Below are positions 47,566 to 56,965 of a stretch of 64,000 nt of DNA, in pieces. Position numbers and translations under genes: made by a program. Each line of letters begins with the position of its first letter. Position 1 is the stretch's first letter. The stretch comes from Candidatus Micrarchaeota archaeon (GTDB taxonomy: Archaea > Micrarchaeota > Micrarchaeia > Norongarragalinales > SBBD01). The notes beneath the pieces were generated by a model. The model was not told the origin of the DNA. It saw nothing but the letters and a program-made list of their open reading frames with translations, and ran no database searches. The stretch lies in the NCBI GenBank assembly GCA_018819225.1, contig JAHJQN010000004.1, forward strand, positions 256,001 to 320,000, read 5' to 3'.

Positions 47566-49740
47566 GTGAAATCCATTCAACGCATCAGGAAACGCGACGG
47601 CAGCATCGTTCCATTCAATAACCAACGCATTGAAAACGTCATTTTTAATGCGGCGCAATCCGTGGGCGGCAAGGACCGGAAGATGGCCGAAAAACTGGCG
47701 GGAAAAGTCGTGGAAGAGTTGGTCAAGCGTTTCGATGAAACGCGTATTCCCGCCGTGGAAGACGTTCAAGATACCGTTGAAAAAATTCTGATCGAAAACG
47801 GGCACGCCGCCACCGCGAAAGCATTCATATTATACCGCGAGAAACGACGCGAAATGCGTCAAACGAAAATGGAGGTGGCAGGCAAGCCGTTCAAGAGCCC
47901 GATCAGCGTCAACGCCATGCACATTCTCAAGGAACGCTATTTGTTGAAGGATGCGGAGGGGACGGTAATGGAAACGCCCGACGAGATGTTTCAACGCGTC
48001 GCGCGAGATGTATCGCAAGCGGATGCGTATTACGGTGCGAATGAAAGCCAGCGAAAACAAACCGAGGAGCGTTTTTACATGCTCATGCAGCGCTTAGTGT
48101 TCCTCCCAAGTACGCCGACGTTGATGAACGCGGGGACGTCACAACGCATGTTGAGTACGTGCTCCGTGATCCCCGTCGAGGATTCCATGGACAGCATATT
48201 CAGCGCCTTGAAAGCCGGGGCGCTAACGCATCAAGCCGGGGGCGGCACCGGATATGCATTCTCTCGTATTCGTCCGAAGAAGGACCGCGTGCGGGGCAAG
48301 CACGGGGTAGCGAGCGGACCCGTATCATTCTTACACGTGTTCGACGCCAGTTCGGACGCGATTCGGCAAGGAGGAAAACGTCGAAGCGCCAACATGGGCG
48401 TGTTACGAGTCGACCACCCCGATATTCTGGAATTCATTTCCATCAAACACAACGGAAATCAATTGCAGAGCTTCAATTTATCCGTCGGATTAACGGACGC
48501 GTTCATGAATGCTTTAAAGAAGAAAACGGAGTACGCCCTCGTTAACCCACGAAACCAAAAAGAAGCGGGGAAGATGAATGCGGAAGAAGTGTGGCAGCAC
48601 TTGGTGAGCGAAGCATGGCTGACGGGAGATCCCGGCGTCATATTCTTGGATGAGATCAATCGAACGAACCCGACGCCTGCGCTGGGACGCATTGAAGCCA
48701 CGAACCCGTGCGGGGAAGCGCCGCTTTTGGCCTACGAGCCGTGTCCTTTGGGCAGCATCCGCGTCTCGTCCTTTGTGGATCAGAAAGAATTGAATTGGAA
48801 GGAATTGAAAAAAGCCGTTCATGATGCGATTCACTTTTTAGATAATGTGATTGATCGGACGCAATACCCCTTGCCGCAAATGGGTGCGATGACGCGAGGC
48901 AACCGAAAAATTGGGTTAGGCATCATGGGATTCGGCGATCTCCTGTACATGATGCGCATACCCTACAATTCAACAGAAGGGATCGCATTCGCCGAAAAAC
49001 TGATGGCATTCATTTCCATGGAAGCGGACGCGGCATCTGAAAAACTGGCCGTAAAACGCGGCGCATTTCCGAACTGGCGTAAAAGCGTTTATTCAGCGAA
49101 GGGAAGAAAGCTGAGAAACGCGACGCGTACCTGCATTGCGCCGACGAGAACCATCGGAATGATTGCGGATTGCTCTCCGGGAATCGAACCCGTTTACGCG
49201 TTAAGTTACGAGAAGCACGTACTGGAAGGAGATCGATTGCGATACGCGAACCCGCTTTTCGAGGAAGCCGTTCAAGAAAAAGGGCATGATCTCCCGAACG
49301 TCTTAAAACAAATTTCGGCTACCGGAAGCTCCAAAGGAGTGCGCGGTTTGTCCCCTGCATTGAAACGCGTGTTCGTTACGGCACGGGGTATCGCACCGGA
49401 ATGGCACGTACGCATGCAGGCCGCGTTCCAGAAGCATACGGACCTCGGCGTATCAAAAACCATCCACTTCGCTCATTCCGCTACCCCGAATGAGGTAGGG
49501 AAGGCGATGCGTCTCGCATACGAATTGGATTGCAAGGGCATTGCCGTCCATCGAAACCAAAATCGGCTGGATCAAGTGCTTCAAACGGGTTCCGACGAGG
49601 AACCGGTAATGGAAAGAACGGAAGATAAGGAAATCAGCGAAGAAAAACGAGAACCGTGTCCGAACTGTCGGAATGTTATAGTTTACAGGGGGAATTGTGC
49701 CACCTGCAATAAATGCGGGGCGGTATTCTGCGTATCGTGA
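47566..49740 (+). CDS. nrdJ: Class II (adenosylcobalamin-dependent) ribonucleotide reductase with N-terminal ATP cone
   Basis: TPTLMNAG, STCSV, GGGTG, RRSANMG, HPDI, ATNPCGE, CPLGS, RKIGLGIMG, VSKTI, C-terminal CxxC pairs; no nrdB nearby. Confidence 0.93.
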   Translation: MKSIQRIRKRDGSIVPFNNQRIENVIFNAAQSVGGKDRKMAEKLAGKVVEELVKRFDETRIPAVEDVQDTVEKILIENGHAATAKAFILYREKRREMRQTKMEVAGKPFKSPISVNAMHILKERYLLKDAEGTVMETPDEMFQRVARDVSQADAYYGANESQRKQTEERFYMLMQRLVFLPSTPTLMNAGTSQRMLSTCSVIPVEDSMDSIFSALKAGALTHQAGGGTGYAFSRIRPKKDRVRGKHGVASGPVSFLHVFDASSDAIRQGGKRRSANMGVLRVDHPDILEFISIKHNGNQLQSFNLSVGLTDAFMNALKKKTEYALVNPRNQKEAGKMNAEEVWQHLVSEAWLTGDPGVIFLDEINRTNPTPALGRIEATNPCGEAPLLAYEPCPLGSIRVSSFVDQKELNWKELKKAVHDAIHFLDNVIDRTQYPLPQMGAMTRGNRKIGLGIMGFGDLLYMMRIPYNSTEGIAFAEKLMAFISMEADAASEKLAVKRGAFPNWRKSVYSAKGRKLRNATRTCIAPTRTIGMIADCSPGIEPVYALSYEKHVLEGDRLRYANPLFEEAVQEKGHDLPNVLKQISATGSSKGVRGLSPALKRVFVTARGIAPEWHVRMQAAFQKHTDLGVSKTIHFAHSATPNEVGKAMRLAYELDCKGIAVHRNQNRLDQVLQTGSDEEPVMERTEDKEISEEKREPCPNCRNVIVYRGNCATCNKCGAVFCVS

Positions 49741-49746
49741 GAGCGA

Positions 49747-50136
49747 ATGAAATTTTACTTTTTGGTACTCGCCGTTCTTTTGATAGGATGCATTCAACCG
49801 CCTCCACCCGAATCAACCGAAGAATGGATTGCTGTGACCATCGTGATCGATAACGGAACGCTATCGAAAACGGTTATGGATGAAGTGATACCGGGAACGA
49901 CGGCGTTGGAAGCGTTCCAGAAAGTGGCGATTCTGCATACGAGAGACTATGGAAACTTGGGAGCGTATATTGATGGAGTCGATGGATTGATGGAGAATGC
50001 GGGCGGGAACGGAAAGTTCTGGCAATATTACGCGGATGGGGAGTACGCGAAAATCGGGGTTTCGCAGTACCCGATTCGCGAGCCGGTGACACTGGTACTC
50101 AAGTACGAGTCCCAACAAACGCAGGAATTCGAATAA
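49747..50136 (+). CDS. DUF4430 / transcobalamin C-terminal (beta)-domain-like lipoprotein
   Basis: Lipobox LIGC; GTTALEA...GAYIDGVDG...FWQYYADG...GVSQY...LVLKY. Confidence 0.82.
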   Translation: MKFYFLVLAVLLIGCIQPPPPESTEEWIAVTIVIDNGTLSKTVMDEVIPGTTALEAFQKVAILHTRDYGNLGAYIDGVDGLMENAGGNGKFWQYYADGEYAKIGVSQYPIREPVTLVLKYESQQTQEFE

Positions 50137-50137
50137 A

Positions 50138-50740
50138 CTAGTTTAACCAGTTCAACGCAGCTGCCCATGCTCCGCGTTCGGACAGCACGCGACTGGGGCC
50201 GTAACTCAATACCAATGCATCGCCGTTCTGGGCGGAAATGGAGTCCAGAAGCGATTTCGCTAACGGATCGCCCGACGATTCACGCGTACCCGGAAAGAAC
50301 AGCCGGTTCTTCTCAACGACTAAAACGGTTGCGCCCAACGCGCCTTCACGGATTGCGGCATCGCGTTCCTCCAAACCCCGTTTAACCACCGACGCGGCTC
50401 CGGAAACCATCAAACCATAAGCCGGCAAATGAAACGTCAACGGGCTTTTCGGTGCATCTCCCATCCAACGCAATTTTTTCATCATCCGATACCAATACGA
50501 TGACCCTTTTGGAGTCAAACGGCAACCGGCCTTAGTCATACGTACAAAGCCCTCGCGGGAAAGAATGCCGAGCAGAGTCCGCATGGATCCTTCCCCGACT
50601 CCCAGACGTTCACTCAAACGTTTTCTACCCAATGATTCAAGAGAAATGAGTCTCAGAGCACGTAAAAGATCGACGCCCACGAAAGCGGGGCGCGGGCCAT
50701 ACGCGCTCGGAACCGCCTTTTTGATGAGAGAAGAGAGCAT
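50138..50740 (-). CDS. HTH-containing protein, DUF4443/DUF2111-like (putative regulator)
   Basis: GPRPAF, LGRKRLSERLGVGEGSMRTLL (HTH), GLEERDAAIREGALGA. Confidence 0.78.
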   Translation of the reverse strand: MLSSLIKKAVPSAYGPRPAFVGVDLLRALRLISLESLGRKRLSERLGVGEGSMRTLLGILSREGFVRMTKAGCRLTPKGSSYWYRMMKKLRWMGDAPKSPLTFHLPAYGLMVSGAASVVKRGLEERDAAIREGALGATVLVVEKNRLFFPGTRESSGDPLAKSLLDSISAQNGDALVLSYGPSRVLSERGAWAAALNWLN

Positions 50741-50746
50741 GAAGGG

Positions 50747-50792
50747 GTTGGATGGAAAAAGGAATATAAAGATGTTGGATGATACATCCAAC
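50747..50792. promoter_or_regulatory. Palindromic operator in a divergent promoter
   Basis: GTTGGATG-ata-CATCCAAC (50774-92) just 3' of AATATAAA (50763-70); extra half-site GTTGGATG (50747-54). Confidence 0.65.
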
Positions 50793-50803
50793 CCGAGATT
50801 CTC

Positions 50804-52381
50804 ATGGATTGGAAAAGTTTCGGCGCAGTCTTTGTCGCGCTTTTTTCGCTGGCTTCAGCCGGCGCCTTGGAGAATGCAACCGAATGGCTTTCCATTCACC
50901 AGAACCCGGACGGAAGCTGGGGAAACTTCAATTGTTGGGAGCCGCTTTGCACGCCGTGGGCTTCGCATGCGCATCAGAACACGTACGGAAACACGAGCAA
51001 TTTTTCCTCTGCACTCGTCTGGATGATCAGCGATCTGGAAAACGGGGAATCGTGGAGCTGGGCCGAAGCGGATATCCCGGGAGCGGAATTGTACGCGATT
51101 GCGCGGTCCGGTAATTTCTCGGACTTGAATCTCACGAACGTTTCAACTCGATTAAGGGGCATGCAAGCGGATAACGGGGGTTTCTCGGGCTGGTGGACGG
51201 AAAACGGAACGATTGCAGATAGCGTGGACACCGTGTTTGCACTACGAGGGCTCATGGCCGCCAACGAAATCAATGAAAGCAACGTCTCTTCCGCCACACA
51301 GTTTTTGCTTTCTCTTCAAAACGGGGACGGGAGCTTCAACCATTCTCTTGAAATCGCGGAAACCAACCTGAGTTCCCTGGGTCCTGACCGCGCGACCACC
51401 ACCGCTCTCTCCGTAATCGCATTATTGGAAAGTGGTTTGAACGCCTCGGATTCATCCATCCAAAACGCGTCCCGATTCTTAAAGGAAGAAGCGCGTGCGT
51501 GTTTCGGGGAAAACGGTCACGGCTACACCGCTTCATGGAGCGCGCAAGCGCTTTATTCAATAGGAGAAGAGGAATACGCGGAAGCCATCCTGCGATATTT
51601 AACGACGCTTCAGAACGTGGATGGAGGGTTCCGCGACAGCTACCGGACCGGAAACGAGTCCAATGCGCTGGATACCGGACTAGCCATTTTGGCGCTGACT
51701 CAAAATCATTCATCGAACGGGTCCGTTTGTTTCCCGTTAGAGACGCCGATCCTTTCGTTCATTCAAACGCTTTACCCGGGAGAGCAGCAAAACATCTCCG
51801 TAAACGTTTCTGAAATCCCGCTTTCGATCACGGGAAATATAACGACGCCGGAAAATGCGACGCACAACCTTTCCTTCACGTTCAATGCCAACCGTTCGCA
51901 ATATACTGCCTTATTCAATGAAACAAACGGAACCGGAAATTACGTTCTCGACGTGCGAGTAGATTATATTGGCAATACATTCGAACTCGAGGGGACATTT
52001 CAAGTGGAAATGCAGCCGACTCCCACGCCCGAACCGCCTCCCGTGCCCACGAATCCGCCAGTGTACAACACCGGGTATTATAGCAACCCGTACTTGACGC
52101 CGACGAGCACACCGACGCCAACCAATACTCCAACACCTACCCCTCGAATCCCGTTCGTTTCCATTGTGAATGAGACGACAACCCCTATTCCGTCCGCAAC
52201 TTGGGCTCCGACCAACAAACCGACTTCGAGTCCCTCACCATCCATCGATCCGTCACCCACACTTCAACAGACCACGGGTTTAGTCGGTGCAGGATACGAT
52301 TGGGGATACGGACTCGTGTTCATGGCAATGATTTTATTAATCGCTGGCATCTTTCTGGTACGCAAGCAGGTGAATCCGTGA
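50804..52381 (+). CDS. Membrane-anchored prenyltransferase/squalene-cyclase-repeat (alpha6/alpha6 barrel) surface protein
   Basis: Signal peptide; QNPDGSW, QADNGGF, QNGDGSF, QNVDGGF repeats; PT linker; C-terminal TM. Confidence 0.82.
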   Translation: MDWKSFGAVFVALFSLASAGALENATEWLSIHQNPDGSWGNFNCWEPLCTPWASHAHQNTYGNTSNFSSALVWMISDLENGESWSWAEADIPGAELYAIARSGNFSDLNLTNVSTRLRGMQADNGGFSGWWTENGTIADSVDTVFALRGLMAANEINESNVSSATQFLLSLQNGDGSFNHSLEIAETNLSSLGPDRATTTALSVIALLESGLNASDSSIQNASRFLKEEARACFGENGHGYTASWSAQALYSIGEEEYAEAILRYLTTLQNVDGGFRDSYRTGNESNALDTGLAILALTQNHSSNGSVCFPLETPILSFIQTLYPGEQQNISVNVSEIPLSITGNITTPENATHNLSFTFNANRSQYTALFNETNGTGNYVLDVRVDYIGNTFELEGTFQVEMQPTPTPEPPPVPTNPPVYNTGYYSNPYLTPTSTPTPTNTPTPTPRIPFVSIVNETTTPIPSATWAPTNKPTSSPSPSIDPSPTLQQTTGLVGAGYDWGYGLVFMAMILLIAGIFLVRKQVNP

Positions 52382-52923
52382 ACTCCATTTCCAGTATAAT
52401 CAAATTCATCATCGGCATCGTGTTCACGATGTTGTTTCGATTGCTGCACATGCCGCTGCCGAACCTGGAACCCATCATGGGTACCACGATTCCGTTCGCG
52501 CGGAAAATGGGTAAGTACGCCGGAATGACGTTTGCGTTCCTCGCATTGGTTTCCTTCGACTTCATTACCGGACGAATCGGAGCATGGACCGTTTACACGG
52601 GAATCGCTTATTCCGCCGTCGGTTATTTCGCTGCCGGTTATTTTGCTAAAAGAAAATTGAAGCTCAAGAACACGATTCCGTTTGCCGTGGGAGCGACATT
52701 GTTCTATGATGCTTTGACCGCGGTACTGTTCGGATGGCAGTTCGGTCAACCGCTGAGTATTACGATGATGGGCCAAATACCGTTTACGCTTTACCACCTG
52801 CTCGGGAACATCGCGGCCGTTGGGATTTTGACACCCCTCATCAACTCGGCGATTGTCGAAAACAAGGCGTTGGATGCCGTTTTAGATCGCTGGATTCAAG
52901 GAGTTAAAACCGCAGTCTCGTAA
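52378..52923 (+). CDS. ECF transporter S-component (CbrT/DUF6580-like)
   Basis: GTGA overlap with upstream stop; FRLLHMPLPNLEPI motif, 5-6 TM, IPFTLYHLLGN. Confidence 0.78.
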   Translation: MNSISSIIKFIIGIVFTMLFRLLHMPLPNLEPIMGTTIPFARKMGKYAGMTFAFLALVSFDFITGRIGAWTVYTGIAYSAVGYFAAGYFAKRKLKLKNTIPFAVGATLFYDALTAVLFGWQFGQPLSITMMGQIPFTLYHLLGNIAAVGILTPLINSAIVENKALDAVLDRWIQGVKTAVS

Positions 52924-52965
52924 GGCTTAAATACTTAGAAAAGTAATATTCCGTTGAGGAGGCCT

Positions 52966-53220
52966 ATGTTTAAAATAAAGTCAATGACCCTAGAAGTACT
53001 CAAACCAAGCGAGTTGCAAACCATCGAATTGCTGAGAGCACTCGAAAAGGTTCCGAATGCGACACGAGTGGAAATCTCGTTAACCGATTTCGAGCGCAAC
53101 ACGGAAACCTTGAAAGTGATCGTGGAAGGGCAAGGCGTCAATCCGGACAAGCTCGCAAAAGTCATTCATGATTACGGCGGGGTTGTCCAGAACATCCAGC
53201 ACGTGCTGGGAGAACGGTAA
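52966..53220 (+). CDS. DUF211 family protein
   Basis: LEVLKP...ETLKVIVEG...IHDYGGVVQNI; upstream of a VIT1-family gene. Confidence 0.8.
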   Translation: MFKIKSMTLEVLKPSELQTIELLRALEKVPNATRVEISLTDFERNTETLKVIVEGQGVNPDKLAKVIHDYGGVVQNIQHVLGER

Positions 53221-53226
53221 CGAGAA

Positions 53227-53778
53227 ATGCTCGAACGCATCCAACGTTTTTTCTCCCATGCTAGATACATCACGCTCGGAATGATGGATGGAGGGCTGGC
53301 CACGTTAAGTGTCGTAACCGCAGCGTATTTTACCAGTATTGAGAGCACGACGGCGTTGATACGCGTTCTGTTAGGAGTAGCCATTGGAATCTCTGCATCC
53401 AATTTCTCAGGAGCTTATTTAGCGGAACAAGCAGAAATCAACAAGGATCGAAGGAAAATCGAGCGGTCCATGGGTTTGAAATCCGGGCATTTACAGCATA
53501 CGCTATTAGGCTATCAACTGAGAAAGAAAGTCATTATTCGGGCACTCACCAATAGCGGGGCCGCGTTTCTCGGAGTACTGATCAGCATTCTCCCCTTATT
53601 GTTTTTCCCGTATTATTCCGGAATCTTTGGCTCGATTCTCGTTTCCATGGGCCTATTGTTTTTACTAGGAGTCTATTTAGGCCACTACAACAAGACGGAC
53701 TTGTTCTTGAACGGAGTGAAAGTATTGTTGATCGCATTACTTGTACTCGTGGTCAACGTACTGATTTCGTACGTTTAA
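53227..53778 (+). CDS. VIT1/CCC1 family transporter
   Basis: LGMMDG, GAYLAEQAE, LFLLGVYLG. Confidence 0.82.
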   Translation: MLERIQRFFSHARYITLGMMDGGLATLSVVTAAYFTSIESTTALIRVLLGVAIGISASNFSGAYLAEQAEINKDRRKIERSMGLKSGHLQHTLLGYQLRKKVIIRALTNSGAAFLGVLISILPLLFFPYYSGIFGSILVSMGLLFLLGVYLGHYNKTDLFLNGVKVLLIALLVLVVNVLISYV

Positions 53779-53779
53779 A

Positions 53780-54241
53780 TTACTCTCTCATATTGATGAC
53801 CAAATCCGCCGTGTTCTTGAGCGCGGACGAAAAATCGGGCTCCGTTCCCACGACAATGGTTTCTTTGCCGTGCTTTTTCGCAATCGTCAGAAGAGGCTTG
53901 TAATCCGAATCGCGGGAAACCACGACAATCACCTCGATATTGGGATTAAACACGGATTCCGTGGCATGAACCGCCAACGCCACGTCAACGTCCGAAGGAA
54001 CGATAATCACTTCATATCCTTGATTGGTGACGGCTTCAATGAGTTTGTCGGAAGCGTATTGATCCAAGAACACTTTCGCGACTTTAATGGTGCCGTGCTT
54101 CTGCAACCTCTTCCGCACTTTACCGAGATCAATACCCAACTCCTTGCGAATCATGTTCGGGCCATCCACAAAACACGCCAAGCCTTTCTCGCGCTTGGCT
54201 TTCGCTACCATCGACTTGAACTGGTCTAACACATTCGGCAT
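53780..54241 (-). CDS. NYN-domain protein (TIGR00288-like)
   Basis: FVDGPNMIRKE, DVDVALAV, SRDSDY, FSSALKNTAD. Confidence 0.9.
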   Translation of the reverse strand: MPNVLDQFKSMVAKAKREKGLACFVDGPNMIRKELGIDLGKVRKRLQKHGTIKVAKVFLDQYASDKLIEAVTNQGYEVIIVPSDVDVALAVHATESVFNPNIEVIVVVSRDSDYKPLLTIAKKHGKETIVVGTEPDFSSALKNTADLVINMRE

Positions 54242-54392
54242 CAAAACCACCTATCAAAATAATCAAAGGGAATAAAGGCCATGTTACCAGCGAACTATTT
54301 AAGTGCTTCGGCCATCCATGAAAAGGGATTCATCCTTTCAGGAAAAGGGTTAAATACGGCGCAAGCGTAATGCGGGAAGAGGGAAACGCGTT

Positions 54393-55145
54393 ATGGAGAA
54401 AACCACCAGCGGCATATATGGACTCGACCCCTTATTGGGCGGCGGATTGCCTACGCGGCGAACCATCCTCGTGTCCGGAGCATGCGGAACCGGTAAAAGC
54501 ATTTTTTCCATGCAATTTCTGTACCGCGGCGTACTCGAAACCGAAGAACCAGGCGTATTCGTGAGCTTCGATGAAATGCCGGATAAGATTCGCGCCGACA
54601 TGCTCAACTTCAAGTGGAATCTGAAGGAATTGGAAGACAATGAGCTGTTGGCGATTGTGGATGCGACGTCGGCGCGAGCCGGTGTCCCCAGCGAAGAAGA
54701 ACATGCGATTCTACCCGGCCAACTCGAACTCGACAAATTGTTGGTCGACATATTGGGTGTTGCGCGGTCCATTGGCGCCAAACGATTGGTGATTGACTCG
54801 ATTCCCGCCATGGCCGCTCAATTAGATACCGAGGCCGCGATCCGTAAAGCGATTCTGAAAATCTCATACATTCTGTCGCGATCGGGACTCACGAGCATCA
54901 TTACCTCCGAAATTCCGGAGCAAACGTTGGGTAGCGGCACCTCCATGCAGTTCTCAAAATACTCCGTGGAGGAATACGTGGCGGATGGCGTGATCCTGCT
55001 CAACTTTTTAGGAGTGGGAAGCGGGGCCACGCGCACGCTTTACATCCGAAAAATGAGGGGCTCCGCGCACAGTATGGAAATCCATCCCATGGAAATCTCG
55101 GATAAAGGCATTACCGTCAAGAAAGTAGAGGATGTCTTCAAATAA
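54393..55145 (+). CDS. KaiC/RAD55-like single-domain RecA-family ATPase
   Basis: SGIYGLDPLLGGG, GACGTGKS, RLVIDSI, EEYVADGVI, RKMRG. Confidence 0.92.
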   Translation: MEKTTSGIYGLDPLLGGGLPTRRTILVSGACGTGKSIFSMQFLYRGVLETEEPGVFVSFDEMPDKIRADMLNFKWNLKELEDNELLAIVDATSARAGVPSEEEHAILPGQLELDKLLVDILGVARSIGAKRLVIDSIPAMAAQLDTEAAIRKAILKISYILSRSGLTSIITSEIPEQTLGSGTSMQFSKYSVEEYVADGVILLNFLGVGSGATRTLYIRKMRGSAHSMEIHPMEISDKGITVKKVEDVFK

Positions 55146-55165
55146 TCGTTTTCCTGAAACGGATT

Positions 55166-55897
55166 CTAGGAAGGACAAGCGGCCATCAATTTCTCGGTTA
55201 AATACGCGATGGGTTCCGTTTCCATTTGCAGCAATAGCGACTCCTGCAACTTATGATCAATGAATACCATGACGCGGTATTGATCGTCATGACAGAAGAA
55301 CATCGCCGATTGACCTAAGCTGAACGGAGAAGGAACGTACTCGCTGTATAACGAGACGTAGTACGGCCGGGCATCCAAAACACCTTCGCGGCGATAAAAC
55401 GTGGATGCCGGTTTGTGTTCATACCGCAATTGCATTCCAAATTTCGCGGCCTGATTAATATCCGTTCCTCCAACGGCGATTGAAACCGTCACGTCATGCT
55501 CGACTCCAAACTCGCGCGCATTATTCAAGCGGTCCGCATCCCACATGTCCATGGAAAAGGGAGCGTAATCTACCGTGAACGGCGGGAGGGCCTCGTTGCC
55601 AATATCCTCGAGTTCGGCCGTGATCGTGAAAAGGATCTCGCTGACATTGTACGTGGGCACGGGAGTCGGCGTACTCGTAATATACGCTTGCTCGGTAGGA
55701 GTCACGTTCGGGGCATCCGTTGGAATCCATGTGGGTTCTTCCGTGGGTTCCGGAACCTCGGAAGGAGTAGGCTCAGGAGTGGATGCGGGAGTCACGGTTA
55801 ACGCGGGCGTTGAAGTCGGTACCGGTTCCGGAGGCGCCTGAGTGCAACCCATGATCAGAAAAGCGATAAGTAATAGTGATACGAGCACTTGTTTCAT
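55166..55897 (-). CDS. Lipoprotein with P/T-rich linker
   Basis: Lipobox IMGC, PTST/TPEP linker. Confidence 0.75.
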   Translation of the reverse strand: MKQVLVSLLLIAFLIMGCTQAPPEPVPTSTPALTVTPASTPEPTPSEVPEPTEEPTWIPTDAPNVTPTEQAYITSTPTPVPTYNVSEILFTITAELEDIGNEALPPFTVDYAPFSMDMWDADRLNNAREFGVEHDVTVSIAVGGTDINQAAKFGMQLRYEHKPASTFYRREGVLDARPYYVSLYSEYVPSPFSLGQSAMFFCHDDQYRVMVFIDHKLQESLLLQMETEPIAYLTEKLMAACPS

Positions 55898-56009
55898 TGA
55901 AATCCCTCCAATATAGTGGATGGTGCGACACTATTAAAAACAATCGTATGCGCCGAGACGTTTTTTCAAGAGATAACATTTATTATCGCGAACGCGCACA
56001 AACGATACA

Positions 56010-56807
56010 ATGAGCACGCGAAACACTAGGAGAAAAAGAAAAGCAGAGGCGAAACGAAAACTCGAAGAAAAAACGGACGAGATTCTGCGAGTGTTTGCCC
56101 GAACGAAGATGGTGAAGGCGCCGCCCTCCAATCCCGAGTTATTGCGAGGTCATATTCACAGCGGGCTTCATAGAAAACGCCCCCTTCATCTCGTGGTGTT
56201 TTGGGGAGGATCGCGACAAGGAAGAAGGAAAACAGCAGGGGGATCTGAAGGGCACGCTTTAAGGACACTACACCAGTTTCGCGAGCTAATCCATAAAAAA
56301 GGGTTAGAAACGGAAGTGCAGTTACTATTAATGGATACCTATTCACGACACGTCAATAAACGTCCAGACAGCGAAATTCAAGCCTATGAGAAAAGCATGC
56401 GGCGCGTAGTTCGCGATAGCCGGTATGCCGGAGTGTCCATTGGAAAAACAAGCGATCACGTCAATTTCGTTCCATTTCCAGAAAAGGCGCGAACGCCTTC
56501 TCAGTACAAGTGGGCGCGAAGAGCTGAAGAAATTCACAGAAGAATCATGAAAAATCCAGGCGTACTTGAAACCTTGCAGAAATTAGCTACATCGCATGGG
56601 GGAAGCACCCATGCATTATCCGATTATATCCGAAGACATGCCTATGAGGATCCCATGCTCGCGCGACGTTTTCCGAGATCCGTATTCCTTTCATTCGGTC
56701 ATGACCAGGCTCAACGAGCGATCTCAAACTTGCCAACGGGTTTTCTTTATTACCGAAAGGAGGCGGGAAAAATCGGGATTCGAGGCGTTCCATGGTTCAG
56801 GGAATGA
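56010..56807 (+). CDS. Hypothetical basic protein
   Basis: 265-aa ORF, TTTATT box upstream; ends 2 bp from the tRNA-Cys 3' end. Confidence 0.6.
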   Translation: MSTRNTRRKRKAEAKRKLEEKTDEILRVFARTKMVKAPPSNPELLRGHIHSGLHRKRPLHLVVFWGGSRQGRRKTAGGSEGHALRTLHQFRELIHKKGLETEVQLLLMDTYSRHVNKRPDSEIQAYEKSMRRVVRDSRYAGVSIGKTSDHVNFVPFPEKARTPSQYKWARRAEEIHRRIMKNPGVLETLQKLATSHGGSTHALSDYIRRHAYEDPMLARRFPRSVFLSFGHDQAQRAISNLPTGFLYYRKEAGKIGIRGVPWFRE

Positions 56808-56809
56808 AA

Positions 56810-56930
56810 AGCGGGGGACGAGAATCGAACTCGTCTAATCCGCTCGCTGCAAAAACCCCCATTCTAAGATAAAATGGATATCGAACGGGTTTTACTGCAG
56901 GCGGATGCATAACCAATCTGCCACCCCCGC
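56810..56930 (-). tRNA. tRNA-Cys(GCA) with 50-nt intron at 37/38 (56845..56894)
   Basis: Acceptor GCGGGGG/CCCCCGC, anticodon stem TCCGC/GCGGA, T arm ACGAG-TTCGATT-CTCGT; BHB helix CTGC:GCAG. Confidence 0.94.
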
Positions 56931-56965
56931 ATACGCTTAGTAAAAGGAAAGGAATGCATTTAAAG

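Noticed and set aside
50741-50803. Cobalamin riboswitch
   Set aside because: The gap is only 63 bp with no B12-box; a DNA palindrome explains the structure
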